Below, piece by piece: positions 8,623-18,437 of a stretch of 42,356 nt of DNA (within the stretch, counting starts at the first letter, position 1; each line of letters begins with the position of its first letter). Location of the stretch: assembly GCA_021802965.1 (NCBI GenBank), contig JAJZQZ010000003.1, positions 1-42,356 on the forward strand, written 5' to 3'. The position numbers were made by a program, and so were the translations under genes. Below the pieces are notes generated by a model. It made no database searches. It was not told the origin of the DNA and saw nothing but the letters and a program-made list of their open reading frames with translations. The DNA comes from Actinomycetes bacterium (lineage in GTDB: Bacteria; Actinomycetota; Thermoleophilia; RBG-16-64-13).

Positions 8623-10443
8623 CTACCGCGTGTTCTTGCGCAGGCCGTCGAGGAACTCGAAGTTCGACTTGGTGTCCTTGATCTTGTCGATGAGGAGCTC
8701 GATCGCCGCGTTCGGGTCGAGCGCGTGCAGCACGGAACGGAGCTTCCACACCATCTTGGACTCCGCGCCCTCCATGAGCAGCTCTTCCTTGCGCGTACCG
8801 CTCTTCTCGATGTCGATGGCCGGGAAGATCCGCTTGTTCGCCAGCTGGCGGGTCAGGTGGACCTCCCAGTTGCCCGTGCCCTTGAACTCCTCGAAGATGA
8901 CCTCGTCCATGCGCGAGCCCGTCTCGACGAGCGCCGTCGCGAGGATGGTCAGCGATCCGCCCTCCTCGATGTTGCGCGCGGCTCCGAAGAACTTCTTCGG
9001 CGGATACAGGGCGGTCGAGTCGACCCCGCCCGAGAGGATGCGCCCGGAGGCCGGCGCCGCCAGGTTGTACGCCCGCGCGAGCCGGGTGATGGAGTCCAGG
9101 AGCACCACGACGTCCTTGCCCACTTCCACCAAGCGCTTGACCCGCTCGAGCACCAGCTCGGTGACCTGCAGGTGGTTCTCCGAGGGCTGATCGAAGGTGG
9201 ATGAGACCACCTCCCCGTTGACCGAGCGCTCCATGTCGGTGACCTCCTCCGGGCGTTCGTCCACGAGCAGAACCAGGAGATGTACCTCGGGGTTGTTCTC
9301 GGCGATGGAGTTCGCTATCTCCTTCAAGATGGTGGTCTTGCCCGCCTTGGGAGGCGACACGATGAGACCGCGCTGGCCTTTCCCGAGCGGGCACACCAGG
9401 TCCATGATCCGGGGCGCTATGCGGTTCGGCTGGGTCTCGAGGCGCAGGCGCTGGTCGGGGAACAGCGGCGTGAGCTGCTCGAAGTTGGGCCGGTGCCGGG
9501 CCTGCTCGGGGTCGAGGCCGTTGACGGTCTGGATCTTGAGCAAAGCGTGGTACTTCTCGTTGTCCTTGGGCGTGCGCACCTGACCGGTGATCTCGTCGCC
9601 GCGGCGCAGCTTGAAGCGACGGATCTGCGAGAGAGACACGTAGATGTCGCTGTCGGACTGGGTGTACCCCTGCGTCCGCAGGAAGCCGAAGCCATCCGGA
9701 AGGACGTCGAGCAGTCCCGTGCGGTACTGCACCCCGCGGTCGGCCACCTGCTCCGACAGGATCTTCACGATCAAATCCTGCTTCGAGTACTTGCGGTAGT
9801 TCTTGATGCCCAGCTCCGACGCCACCACGTGCAGGTCGGACACGAGCCTCGGCTCGGTCTCGATGAGGTCGCCCCGCTCCCGGCTGTCGATCCGTTCCTG
9901 CCCCTCCGCGAGCGGGGGCCGGTCCGGGCGAGGCGGCCGCTGGGGCCTCTCCGGGCGCTCGAGCTGCTCAGGAAGCTCGGGGCGCACGGGTCGCCCCGCC
10001 TCCCCAGAGGCCGGGCGGTCAGAGGCCCCCACAGACGGACCTGCCGCCGCGCGGGCGACGGGAGCCTCAGAGCGCGCGACCGGAGCGTCGGCGCGTGTGG
10101 CGGGAGCCTCCCGGCCCGCGGCAGGGGGCTCAGCGCTCGCGGCAGGAGCGGGACCTTCGCCGTTCGTCGGTTCGGCGCGGGGCGTTCGGGCAGGACGCGC
10201 CGCCGCAGGGCGACGAGCGGGCGCGCGACGCGGTGCCGGCGCGCCGGCCTCGGCCTTCGCGGACGCCGCCGGTGCCGGAGGTTCGGAGGGAGCCTCCTTC
10301 TCAGGGGTGAGGGTAGCGGCGACGTCGCCGTCAGGGCCGGCGGGTTCGGCGGCGGAAGGTTCGGGCGCCACCACGGTGGTGGCGCCGTCCTCCGCGGTGG
10401 TCTTTTCTGTCTCTTCTACGGTCGGTTCCATGTCTGTTATCAC
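8623..10443 (-). CDS. rho: Transcription termination factor Rho with a long low-complexity N-terminal extension
   Basis: [63 protein letters not shown] and SGTRKEELL motifs. Start GTG 10443 (AGGAG upstream) or ATG 10431. Confidence 0.97.
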   Translation of the reverse strand: MITDMEPTVEETEKTTAEDGATTVVAPEPSAAEPAGPDGDVAATLTPEKEAPSEPPAPAASAKAEAGAPAPRRAPARRPAAARPARTPRAEPTNGEGPAPAASAEPPAAGREAPATRADAPVARSEAPVARAAAGPSVGASDRPASGEAGRPVRPELPEQLERPERPQRPPRPDRPPLAEGQERIDSRERGDLIETEPRLVSDLHVVASELGIKNYRKYSKQDLIVKILSEQVADRGVQYRTGLLDVLPDGFGFLRTQGYTQSDSDIYVSLSQIRRFKLRRGDEITGQVRTPKDNEKYHALLKIQTVNGLDPEQARHRPNFEQLTPLFPDQRLRLETQPNRIAPRIMDLVCPLGKGQRGLIVSPPKAGKTTILKEIANSIAENNPEVHLLVLLVDERPEEVTDMERSVNGEVVSSTFDQPSENHLQVTELVLERVKRLVEVGKDVVVLLDSITRLARAYNLAAPASGRILSGGVDSTALYPPKKFFGAARNIEEGGSLTILATALVETGSRMDEVIFEEFKGTGNWEVHLTRQLANKRIFPAIDIEKSGTRKEELLMEGAESKMVWKLRSVLHALDPNAAIELLIDKIKDTKSNFEFLDGLRKNTR

Positions 10444-10493
10444 GTTCTCCTGGGGGTCATGGGTCGTGGGGGTCGTACCCCGGGTCGTCTTGT

Positions 10494-11528
10494 TCACAGC
10501 CGGATCTCCCGGCGTTCGTCTGAGAAAAGGTGGATAGTGTCGACGAAGCGCACGATCCGGCAGCGGGTACACATGGTCAGGGTGTGACTCCGGGCGCCCT
10601 CTCGAAAATAGTCCACTCCACGCAAGAAGTCGCCGCCGGTGACACCGGTGGCCGCGAAGACCACATCGCCGAGGACCAGGTCGTGCGTGTGCAGCACCAT
10701 CTCGATATCGTCGATGCCATGCTGCGCCGCCTTCTCGACCTCTCGGCGAGAGAGCGGCCACAGCTTTGCTTGGATCTGCCCGCCGAGGCAGCGCATAGCG
10801 GCTGCGGTCATCACTCCTTCGGCTGCACCCCCGATCCCGATGTACAGGTGGTCGCCCGTCCCGTCGACGGCAGCCGCTATCGAAGCCGTGATGTCACCGT
10901 CAGCGATGAGCTTGATACGTGCCCCCGCCTTGCGGATATCGGCCACCAAGCTCTCGTGTCGGGGCCGGTCGAGCATGATCACGGTGAGGTCGGCCACCGA
11001 CCGGTCGTAGGCCTGCGCGACTGCCATCAGATTGTCGGCTACCGGAGCCTCGATGTCGATGCTACCGGCGGCACGAGGACCGACGACCAGCTTCTGCATG
11101 TACATGTCGGGCAGGGAGAGGATCTGGCCGGGCGCGCCTACCACGAGGACGCTCATGGCCCCGCCCTGCCCGCGGGCCACCGTGTCGGTGCCCTCGAGGG
11201 GGTCGACCGCGATGTCGCAGTCCACGCTGCCGCTTCCGATGCGATCGCCCACGCGGATTCCTCCCGCGCTGCCTTCCTCACGTTCTCCGATCACCACCCG
11301 GGCGGTCACCGGCAGCTCTCGCAGAGCCGCCCGCATCGCTTCCGCGGCGGCCTCGTCGGCGACCACGCTGTCCCCTTGACCCATGAAGCGTCCCGCGGCG
11401 AGCGCCGCCGCTTCGGTCACACGGGTGAACTCGGCGCACAAGCATGGAGGGCCCATGCCGCTCTGGTCGACCTCCCCTGGGCTCGTCGACATCTCCCGGC
11501 TCCCTCTCCCGCCTCGGATCTCGCTCAC
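10494..11528 (-). CDS. glpX: Fructose-1,6-bisphosphatase class II
   Basis: [51 protein letters not shown] and FAATGVTGG motifs. Start may instead be ATG ~11457. Confidence 0.93.
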   Translation of the reverse strand: MSEIRGGRGSREMSTSPGEVDQSGMGPPCLCAEFTRVTEAAALAAGRFMGQGDSVVADEAAAEAMRAALRELPVTARVVIGEREEGSAGGIRVGDRIGSGSVDCDIAVDPLEGTDTVARGQGGAMSVLVVGAPGQILSLPDMYMQKLVVGPRAAGSIDIEAPVADNLMAVAQAYDRSVADLTVIMLDRPRHESLVADIRKAGARIKLIADGDITASIAAAVDGTGDHLYIGIGGAAEGVMTAAAMRCLGGQIQAKLWPLSRREVEKAAQHGIDDIEMVLHTHDLVLGDVVFAATGVTGGDFLRGVDYFREGARSHTLTMCTRCRIVRFVDTIHLFSDERREIRL

Positions 11529-12478
11529 GCCACACCCGCCGCCGCTCGTGATTCAGACGCGGCGATGCGCTCGTACAGGGCATCGACGACGAGACCCACA
11601 GTGTCGTCGATGTTGACGTTCTCGATCAACAACGCACCTTCCTCAGCCGCGCGACCGATGATGAACTCCTGGATGCGCCGTATCTCTTCGAAGTTGGCCA
11701 GGTACCGACGCACGGGCCGCCGCCCGATGGTCTCGCGCTCGCGCACCAGGAAGTGGCTGCGGTGCAACTCGGCGTCGCGCACCACGACTATCATCGGCAG
11801 AACGACCGCGTTCTCCTTACCCGTCAAGGGCAGAAACCCCGGGACCACATGGACTCCCTCCACGATCAGGCTCGTCCCTTCCTTGACCGCCCGGTCGACG
11901 ATCGCGGCCAGGCCGACGTTCACCATCTCCACCTGCTCGACGAAGCCCACCACGTGCGGGTCCAGGTACGTCCCCATCGGCGCGCGAATGGCCTTGCCCG
12001 CGTCGAACGACGAGAAGTGGATCTCCGGCATGAGGGCTCGGGAGAAGAAGGTCCTCATCACCTGACGGATAGAGTCCGTGGAGATGATCCTGACGATGCC
12101 CATGCGGCTGGCAAGCTGGGTGGCGAGAGTGCTCTTGCCGACCCCGGTGGCGCCGCCGATCAAGATGATGACCGGCCGATCTTCGAGACCGAGTCGGTAC
12201 CACTTCTCGTAGCGCTGCAGGTAGTCCTGTCCTTCCATCTCCCCGAGGATGCGGGCGACGAATCCCTGGAGCTCGTCGATGCTCACACGGAGCACGCTGC
12301 GGCTGCGAAGCTCGCGTTCGACCTCCTGCGCCACCCGATAGGCCCGGTCAGGGGATAAGCCCGTCGCCGTCAGGGATTGCGCGAGGAGGCCCTTTGAAAA
12401 AGGGATCCCGTGCTGCTGGTTGACAATCTGGATCTGATCGCCACCCTCAGCGCTCGTCCTCTCGCTGCTCTCATCCAC
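11525..12478 (-). CDS. pgk2: 2-phosphoglycerate kinase (ATP-cone + P-loop)
   Basis: PFSKGLLAQSL ATP-cone-like N-terminus; ILIGGATGVGKSTLA, ISTDSIR, SSF, IVEGVH..PG, HRSHF..R and YL.NF..IR.IQ motifs; adjacent to cpgS. Confidence 0.9.
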   Translation of the reverse strand: MDESSERTSAEGGDQIQIVNQQHGIPFSKGLLAQSLTATGLSPDRAYRVAQEVERELRSRSVLRVSIDELQGFVARILGEMEGQDYLQRYEKWYRLGLEDRPVIILIGGATGVGKSTLATQLASRMGIVRIISTDSIRQVMRTFFSRALMPEIHFSSFDAGKAIRAPMGTYLDPHVVGFVEQVEMVNVGLAAIVDRAVKEGTSLIVEGVHVVPGFLPLTGKENAVVLPMIVVVRDAELHRSHFLVRERETIGRRPVRRYLANFEEIRRIQEFIIGRAAEEGALLIENVNIDDTVGLVVDALYERIAASESRAAAGVA

Positions 12479-13943
12479 GGCGTTCGTAGCGCTCCTGTGC
12501 TATCTCCGCCAACCGGCGGCACGTCTCGGCGAGATCGCCTTCCTGGGCCGGCGAGACCTCCCGGGGCTCGTTGTCCATGAAGACCACCGGCAGCTCTCGC
12601 CGTTCGGCTTCCACAGCCACCATGTCGATGGCCGCGGCCTTTATCTCGGTCAGGAACAGCTCCACATCGGTCGACTCCGCCGCCCGCAGATCGTCAGCCA
12701 GAGCACGCCGATCCGAGAGGTTGCCCGACCACAACCGGACAGTGCATCCATGCTCCTCTTCGAGGTGGCGCTTGAGCAAAGGTGCCTGGACACTCGGCGC
12801 GGTCGAGAAACAGGCCACTCTCCGCCCGGACACGTCCTGCGCCGGCCGATGCCGGAACACCACAGGGATGACCGGGATACCCGGCTTCTCCTGCGCCACC
12901 GCCGTCATCAAGTCTCGCACGGCACCAACGTCTGCAAGGGGCGCCTCCGCCATCGTCAAGACAACCGCATCGCTGATCAACACCCGGTACGTCCCCAGGT
13001 ACCCCGCCAGCTGCCCGCGAGGCTGATGGGCCCCGGCGACCAGTAGGCGGGCATCGGTGGCCACCGGCGGGATCGACGAACCGCTCCCTTCGAAGACCAC
13101 CATCCCGGCGCCCAGCTCGTTCGCCCGCAGGGCGCCTTCCGCCACGTTCGAGACCAACGGCTCCCCGGCGAGCCCACCGCCACACCGGCGGCATCCGACG
13201 GTGAGGACCCGGCTGAGGACGGCGTCCTCGAAGTGGTCGGAAGCGGCGTGACGACCCGCCCGACTCCACCTGAGTAACTCTTCGCTGCCCAGGGATACCG
13301 CGCTGCCATCTATCACTTCAGGTTCGGCCGGACCGCCTCGTCCCATGGCGACGACCACCACGGCCGGAGAAGCCCCGCCACCGCTGCGGGAGCCGGCTCC
13401 GGCTTCAGCGGTCTCACCCAGAAGCCTGGCCAGATACCCGCTGATCGCCGTCTTGCCGACACGTTTGCCTGTGCCGATGACAGAAAGCGACGGGGATGTG
13501 GCGATGCGGTCGAGCCGAGGGGGTGTGAAACGGAAGTCGGACCCTTCGTACGTGACGTTCCGGGCAAGAGTGTGGCTGATCAGCCGGAACCTACCCGGGT
13601 ACCCTACCACAGGCTCGTCGCTCGCGTCAACGACCACCTCGGGCCGGTACGAGTCGAGAGCCGCCGTCAACGCCGCGACCTGATCGGGGCCCGAGACGAC
13701 GGGCAGGTTATATATCCTCTCCGCCTCTGTCGCCCAGCGCCCCGGGTCGCTCGGCGCGACCTTCTCGGTCCCGCCGAGGAACACAGCCGCCAGGAAGCGA
13801 TAGCGCGGCGCCAGCTGCTCGAGAGCGTCCACCACGACGGGAGGGTAGTGCTCCCCGTCGATGAGGACCACCGCCGGGCGAGGGGAGCCCGGGTGTCCCG
13901 GCGCGGACCCGCCGCCGGCGCCCTCGCCCTCCGGGCTGCTCAC
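12471..13943 (-). CDS. cpgS: Cyclic 2,3-diphosphoglycerate synthetase
   Basis: LIDGEHYPPVV, GGTEK, SDEPV, GTGKRVGKTA, VAMGRGGP.EPE, HAASDHFEDA, GCRRCGGGLAG, EGSG..IPP and TEIKAAAID motifs, matching the archaeal cDPGS family. Confidence 0.92.
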   Translation of the reverse strand: MSSPEGEGAGGGSAPGHPGSPRPAVVLIDGEHYPPVVVDALEQLAPRYRFLAAVFLGGTEKVAPSDPGRWATEAERIYNLPVVSGPDQVAALTAALDSYRPEVVVDASDEPVVGYPGRFRLISHTLARNVTYEGSDFRFTPPRLDRIATSPSLSVIGTGKRVGKTAISGYLARLLGETAEAGAGSRSGGGASPAVVVVAMGRGGPAEPEVIDGSAVSLGSEELLRWSRAGRHAASDHFEDAVLSRVLTVGCRRCGGGLAGEPLVSNVAEGALRANELGAGMVVFEGSGSSIPPVATDARLLVAGAHQPRGQLAGYLGTYRVLISDAVVLTMAEAPLADVGAVRDLMTAVAQEKPGIPVIPVVFRHRPAQDVSGRRVACFSTAPSVQAPLLKRHLEEEHGCTVRLWSGNLSDRRALADDLRAAESTDVELFLTEIKAAAIDMVAVEAERRELPVVFMDNEPREVSPAQEGDLAETCRRLAEIAQERYERRG

Positions 13944-14758
13944 AGGTCGCTTATCACCCGGTCGAGGTGGGCGTCATGCCGTATGTAGGTCGACGCCGCG
14001 GCGTCGAACTCGACGACCACCTCGCCGCCGTGGAAGGGGTACCGTCGAGTGACCGTCACCCTCTCCCCTTCGATGTCGATCACGTTGTAGCAGGGCTTCG
14101 TGGTGCCCCGCAGGCGCAGCGTGGAGACCGTGCCCGTGTTGACGATGAACATGTTCTCCAAGCGCCAGGCGTAGGGCACGTGCTTGTGTCCCGACAAGAC
14201 CAGGTCGACCCCGCAGCCGACGAGGACCTCCAGAACGTCGCCGGCGTCGTGCACCACGTTGCGCTCGCGTCCCGTGCCGGGGATGGGCAGCAGGTGATGG
14301 TGAAGGGCGAATATCTTGAAGTCGCCGGGCTGCTCCATGAGCGCGTCGCGGATCCACGGGTACCTATGGCGCCCGATGCGGCCGTTGTCCAGGTCGGGCT
14401 CGGTAGAGTCCACCCCCACCACGGTGCACCCGCCCGTGCGGATGACCGAGTCGCGGCGCTCGAAAAGCGTCTCGAAGTGCATGTAGCCCACATTGCGGCT
14501 GTCGTGGTTACCCGGTACGACCATGGTCAGGGGGCACTGCAGACGGTCGAGGTACTCCTTGGCCTCGCGGTACTCCTGCCGGAAGCCCATGTTGGTGAGG
14601 TCTCCGGTGACGACCACCAGATCGGGCGCGAGGTCGTTGACCTCGACGAGGGCCCGGTTGAGCATGTTGGGCACGAAGTACTGCGAGCCCGCATGGATAT
14701 CCGAAAGGTGCACGATGCGCATGTGACGCACCTTCGGGCTCCGCGGCTCGACGCTCAT
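13940..14758 (-). CDS. Calcineurin-like metallophosphoesterase (CpdA/Icc-like)
   Basis: All five metal-binding motifs present: SDIH, TGDLT, PGNHD, LHHH and SGHKH. Overlaps the cpgS start. Confidence 0.92.
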   Translation of the reverse strand: MSVEPRSPKVRHMRIVHLSDIHAGSQYFVPNMLNRALVEVNDLAPDLVVVTGDLTNMGFRQEYREAKEYLDRLQCPLTMVVPGNHDSRNVGYMHFETLFERRDSVIRTGGCTVVGVDSTEPDLDNGRIGRHRYPWIRDALMEQPGDFKIFALHHHLLPIPGTGRERNVVHDAGDVLEVLVGCGVDLVLSGHKHVPYAWRLENMFIVNTGTVSTLRLRGTTKPCYNVIDIEGERVTVTRRYPFHGGEVVVEFDAAASTYIRHDAHLDRVISDL

Positions 14759-14762
14759 CGCC

Positions 14763-15725
14763 TCACTCCACCCGCGGTCCGCCGCTCGACGCCCCGCTCA
14801 GCCCTTCCCGGACGCCGTTCGCCAGGGAATTCCCAAGAGAACGCGCCAGGTCGCCCGCGCGGGCGCCGAAGAGCAGGGGCAGAATACCGCCCGACGACTC
14901 GGGCTCCATGTACCGCACCCCGTAGTCGCCGGTATCCAGCTGGGCCAGCCGGGCGGCCTCGTCCAGGGCGTCCGCGTAGGAGCCGACCTTGTCGATCAGG
15001 CCCAGCTGCAGCGCTTCCTCGCCGGGGTACGTCAGTCCGTTCGCCAGCGCCGCCACCTGCTTCTCGTCGAGGTTCTGCCGCCCCTCGGCCACGTCGGCGA
15101 TGAACCGCTGGTAGATCTTCTCCATCTGCGCGGACAGGATGGCTTTCTCCTGGGCGGTCATCTCTCTCGCAGGACTGCCGATGTCCTTGTACTCCCCCTT
15201 GGTGATCACCGTGTAGCCGACGCCTATCTTCTCGAAAAGCCCCTGCAGGTCCTGCGCGGTGAGGATCACCCCGATGCTGCCCACCTCGGATGACGGTGCC
15301 GCGACGATGGAATCCGCCGCGCTGGAGAAGTAATACGCACCCGACGCGACCACATCGGCCACCGACACGACCACCGGTTTCTGCATCTCGCGGACCGCCT
15401 GGTAGATCTCCCACGAGGCGGCCGGGCTGCCGCCCGGGCTGTTGACCCGCAAGACCACGGCGTCGATGCTCGAGTCGGCGTCGGCGTCGCGCAGGGTCTC
15501 CGCGGCCCACACCGGGTCGATGCCCCCGCCGCCGTAGAGCGAAGCCTGAGAGTCGGCCGAGATGACACCGTCGAGGCGCACCACGCCGACGGTGCCGCTA
15601 CTGCCCCAACTTGCTCCACCGCGCCCGCCGCCGTCGCCGAAGTAGAAGAGCAGGCCCAAGAGGGCCGCGTACATCACGGCGATGACGACGCCCACGATCA
15701 AGACGATCTTCCAGCCTTTCGACAC
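14763..15725 (-). CDS. sppA: Signal peptide peptidase SppA (S49, short form)
   Basis: N-terminal TM segment; LRVNSPGGS, ASGAYY, GSIGV, KGEYKD and GLIDKVG motifs. Confidence 0.94.
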   Translation of the reverse strand: MSKGWKIVLIVGVVIAVMYAALLGLLFYFGDGGGRGGASWGSSGTVGVVRLDGVISADSQASLYGGGGIDPVWAAETLRDADADSSIDAVVLRVNSPGGSPAASWEIYQAVREMQKPVVVSVADVVASGAYYFSSAADSIVAAPSSEVGSIGVILTAQDLQGLFEKIGVGYTVITKGEYKDIGSPAREMTAQEKAILSAQMEKIYQRFIADVAEGRQNLDEKQVAALANGLTYPGEEALQLGLIDKVGSYADALDEAARLAQLDTGDYGVRYMEPESSGGILPLLFGARAGDLARSLGNSLANGVREGLSGASSGGPRVE

Positions 15726-17003
15726 CTACAGCACCCGTATGGTCGCGGGCCGACTCTTCACGCAAGACAACGCGGCCACCTTCTCGATGGCGGCGAAGAA
15801 GCCGCGCTCCACGGTGGGGTGGGTGATGACCATCAGCTCGGCTTCGTCACCCTGGCCCTTCTGGATCATGCTCTCGATCGAGACGTCGTGATCGCCGAAG
15901 ATGGAGGCGATCTGGGCCAGCACTCCCGCGCGGTCCTCCACCTTGAAGCGCGTGAAGAACGCGGAGCGCATCTCGCCGTCGGGGAACCGGTCGAGGTCCC
16001 GTCGGCAGGAACAGTTCTGGAGGAAACCGGCGGAATCGGTCCCGACGATGTTCATGATGTCGCTGACCACCGCGGTGGCCGTCGGCGGACCACCGGCCCC
16101 GGGCCCGGTGAGCATGATCTCGTCGATCGTGTGGCCGCGGAGATATACGGCGTTGTACGAGCCGTTGATAGACGCAAGCAGGTGGCCCTCCGGCACGAGA
16201 GCCGGGTGCACGCGGACGTTCACACGCCCGTCGACCAGGCGGGCGGCTCCGATGAGCTTGACTACGAAACCGAAGTCCTTGGCGTACTGGACGTCGTCCA
16301 GGGTGACGTCCTGGATGCCCTCGTAGGTCACGTCGGCCATGGTCACTCGGGTGCGGAACGCGATGGAAGCGAGGATGGCCATCTTGGCGGCGGCGTCGCC
16401 GCCGCCCACGTCAGCGGTGGGATCGGCCTCGGCGTAGCCCAGCTCCTGGGCCTTCTTCAGGGTCTCGGCATAGTCGCCCTCTCCACGATACAGAGCCGTG
16501 AGGATGTAGTTGGTCGTGCCGTTGACGATGCCGTACACGGTGTGGAGGTCGGCGGCGATCATCCCCTCACGCATGACCTTGATCACCGGGATGGCTCCCC
16601 CGACCGAGGCCTCGAAGCGGATCTGGCGCCCCAGTTGCGCGGCCAGTTCGAACAGCCCCGCGCCGCGGTTGGCAAGGAGCTGCTTGTTGGCGGTCACCAC
16701 GTCTCGCCCGCCTCGCAGGGCCGCCTCGACGAAGGTGAACGCCCAGTCGGTCCCACCGATGAGCTCCACCACGATCGAGACGGCCGGATCGTCGAGCACG
16801 CGCTTGAAGTCGTCGGTGAAGAGCTCGGCGGGGGCGTCGACCCCCGCGCGACTGAAGTCCTTCTCGACGATATGCGCCACCCGCAGGTCGATCCCGGTCA
16901 GGTCCAGGATCGCGTCGTGCTCCTGCTCTATCACCCTGTAGACGTTCGACCCGATGGTGCCGAAGCCCAGCAGGCCGACGCGCACCGCGTTCGCCTCCGC
17001 CAT
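15726..17003 (-). CDS. hom: Homoserine dehydrogenase with C-terminal ACT domain
   Basis: GLLGFGTIG, VVTANK, FEASVGGAIP, GIVNGTTNYIL, AQELGYAEADPTADVGG.DAAAK, GPGAG and ACT DRAGVLAQI motifs. Confidence 0.97.
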   Translation of the reverse strand: MAEANAVRVGLLGFGTIGSNVYRVIEQEHDAILDLTGIDLRVAHIVEKDFSRAGVDAPAELFTDDFKRVLDDPAVSIVVELIGGTDWAFTFVEAALRGGRDVVTANKQLLANRGAGLFELAAQLGRQIRFEASVGGAIPVIKVMREGMIAADLHTVYGIVNGTTNYILTALYRGEGDYAETLKKAQELGYAEADPTADVGGGDAAAKMAILASIAFRTRVTMADVTYEGIQDVTLDDVQYAKDFGFVVKLIGAARLVDGRVNVRVHPALVPEGHLLASINGSYNAVYLRGHTIDEIMLTGPGAGGPPTATAVVSDIMNIVGTDSAGFLQNCSCRRDLDRFPDGEMRSAFFTRFKVEDRAGVLAQIASIFGDHDVSIESMIQKGQGDEAELMVITHPTVERGFFAAIEKVAALSCVKSRPATIRVL

Positions 17004-17012
17004 GGACGCCTC

Positions 17013-18332
17013 CTAGCCGTGCAACGGACGCTGTTCGGCCACCATGTCGGCATAGCTCTCGCGTTCGACGATCACGCGCGCCACACCGTCACGCACCAGC
17101 AGCACCGCCGCCCGCGGATTGCCGTTGTAGTTCGAAGCCATCGAGAAGAAATAGGCGCCGGTCACAGGGGTCACGAGGATGTCGCCCACCTGCGGTCTCG
17201 CGATGAGGGCGTCCTTGACGAGGATGTCGCTGCTCTCGCAATGCTTGCCGGCGACCGTGACCGTGGTGTCCGCGGGGTCCTCCGCGCGGTTCGCGATCAT
17301 GGCCTCGTACACCGCCCCGTAGAGCATCGGTCGCATGTTGTCACTCATGCCACCGTCGACACTCACGTACGTACGGATGCCCGGCACTTCCTTGATGTTG
17401 CCCACCCGATACGCGGTCACGCCCGCTTTGGCCACGACCGAGCGACCCGGCTCGACCAGCACCCGCGGCATGGGCAGGCCCACCCGCTCCATCTCCTGTC
17501 GTACGCCCTCGACCTTGCCCGCCACGTACTCCTCGATGCTCATGGGGGTGTCTTCGCCGGTGTAGCGGATCCCGAGCCCGCCCCCGATGTTGAGATAGCG
17601 GCACTCGAACCCGTCGCGGTCGCGCGCCTCCTTCAGGAGGTCGACCAGGACCGAGATGGCGGTGCGGAAACCCTCGATCTCGAAGATCTGACTGCCTATG
17701 TGCGCGTGCAGCCCCACGAGGTCAAGATGGGGCGCGGCGAGGGTCCGGCGGATCGCTTCCCCCGCATGCCCCTCAGCCAAGCCGAACCCGAACTTCGAGT
17801 CGAGCTGCCCGGTCTGGATGTAGTGGTGCGTGTGAGCTTCCACGCCCGGGGTGATGCGGAGCAGGACCTTCTGCCGGCGGTCGCGCTCGGCGGCCATGCT
17901 CTCGAGCAGCCCGATCTCGTCGAAGCTGTCGACCACCACGTAGCCGACGCGCTCGTCCAAGGCATAGGTGAGCTCTCGGGGCGTCTTGTTGTTGCCATGG
18001 AGGAAGATGCGCTCGGGCTCGATCCCGGCCGCCAGGGCGGTGTACAGCTCGCCGCCGCCGGACACGTCGATCGAGAGCCCCTCCTCGGCGATCAGCTGGC
18101 AGACGGCGATCGTGCAGAAGGCCTTGCTCGCGTAGATGACCTCGAAGTCGTCGGTGCGCTCACGGAAGGCGGCCATGAACCGGCGGCATTGGTCGCGCAG
18201 CGTCTTCTCTTCGTAGACCATGAGGGGTGTGCCGTGCTCGGCCACCAGATCGACCATGTCACAGCCGTCGATCTCCAGGTGCCCCGCGGCGTTGTGAGTG
18301 GCGTTGACGGGGTAGATGAGAGTATGGGTCAT
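17013..18332 (-). CDS. lysA: Diaminopimelate decarboxylase
   Basis: YASKAF, SGGEL, HGNNK, HAHIGSQI, NIGGG, EPGRS, GKHCESSD, GAY and MASNYN motifs; ATG at 18332. Confidence 0.97.
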   Translation of the reverse strand: MTHTLIYPVNATHNAAGHLEIDGCDMVDLVAEHGTPLMVYEEKTLRDQCRRFMAAFRERTDDFEVIYASKAFCTIAVCQLIAEEGLSIDVSGGGELYTALAAGIEPERIFLHGNNKTPRELTYALDERVGYVVVDSFDEIGLLESMAAERDRRQKVLLRITPGVEAHTHHYIQTGQLDSKFGFGLAEGHAGEAIRRTLAAPHLDLVGLHAHIGSQIFEIEGFRTAISVLVDLLKEARDRDGFECRYLNIGGGLGIRYTGEDTPMSIEEYVAGKVEGVRQEMERVGLPMPRVLVEPGRSVVAKAGVTAYRVGNIKEVPGIRTYVSVDGGMSDNMRPMLYGAVYEAMIANRAEDPADTTVTVAGKHCESSDILVKDALIARPQVGDILVTPVTGAYFFSMASNYNGNPRAAVLLVRDGVARVIVERESYADMVAEQRPLHG

Positions 18333-18416
18333 TGGCGCTCCCGCAGCAGAATGTGCGCTGACACGGTACCATACGCCCACCCGGCCTTGGGCATCCCGCG
18401 GAGGACTGCTCCCCTT

Positions 18417-18425
18417 TGCTAGAAT
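18417..18425 (+). promoter_or_regulatory. Extended -10 promoter (TGcTAGAAT) for the 18438 gene-hpt operon; very short leader
   Basis: TGCTAGAAT ends 12 nt before ATG 18438, and there is no SD sequence. Confidence 0.5.
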
Positions 18426-18437
18426 GAGTCTCACAGC

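Noticed and set aside
15819-18422. 867-aa plus-strand ORF, and similar long ORFs at 7523-9190, 10530-12065, 23170-25689 and 25358-27733
   Set aside because: These are antisense or off-frame shadows of well-supported genes (hom/lysA, rho, glpX, actP, argS). Such shadows are expected in high-GC DNA and carry no recognisable motifs.
18333-18437. Lysine riboswitch upstream of lysA
   Set aside because: The ~105-nt divergent gap is too short and shows no L-box consensus.
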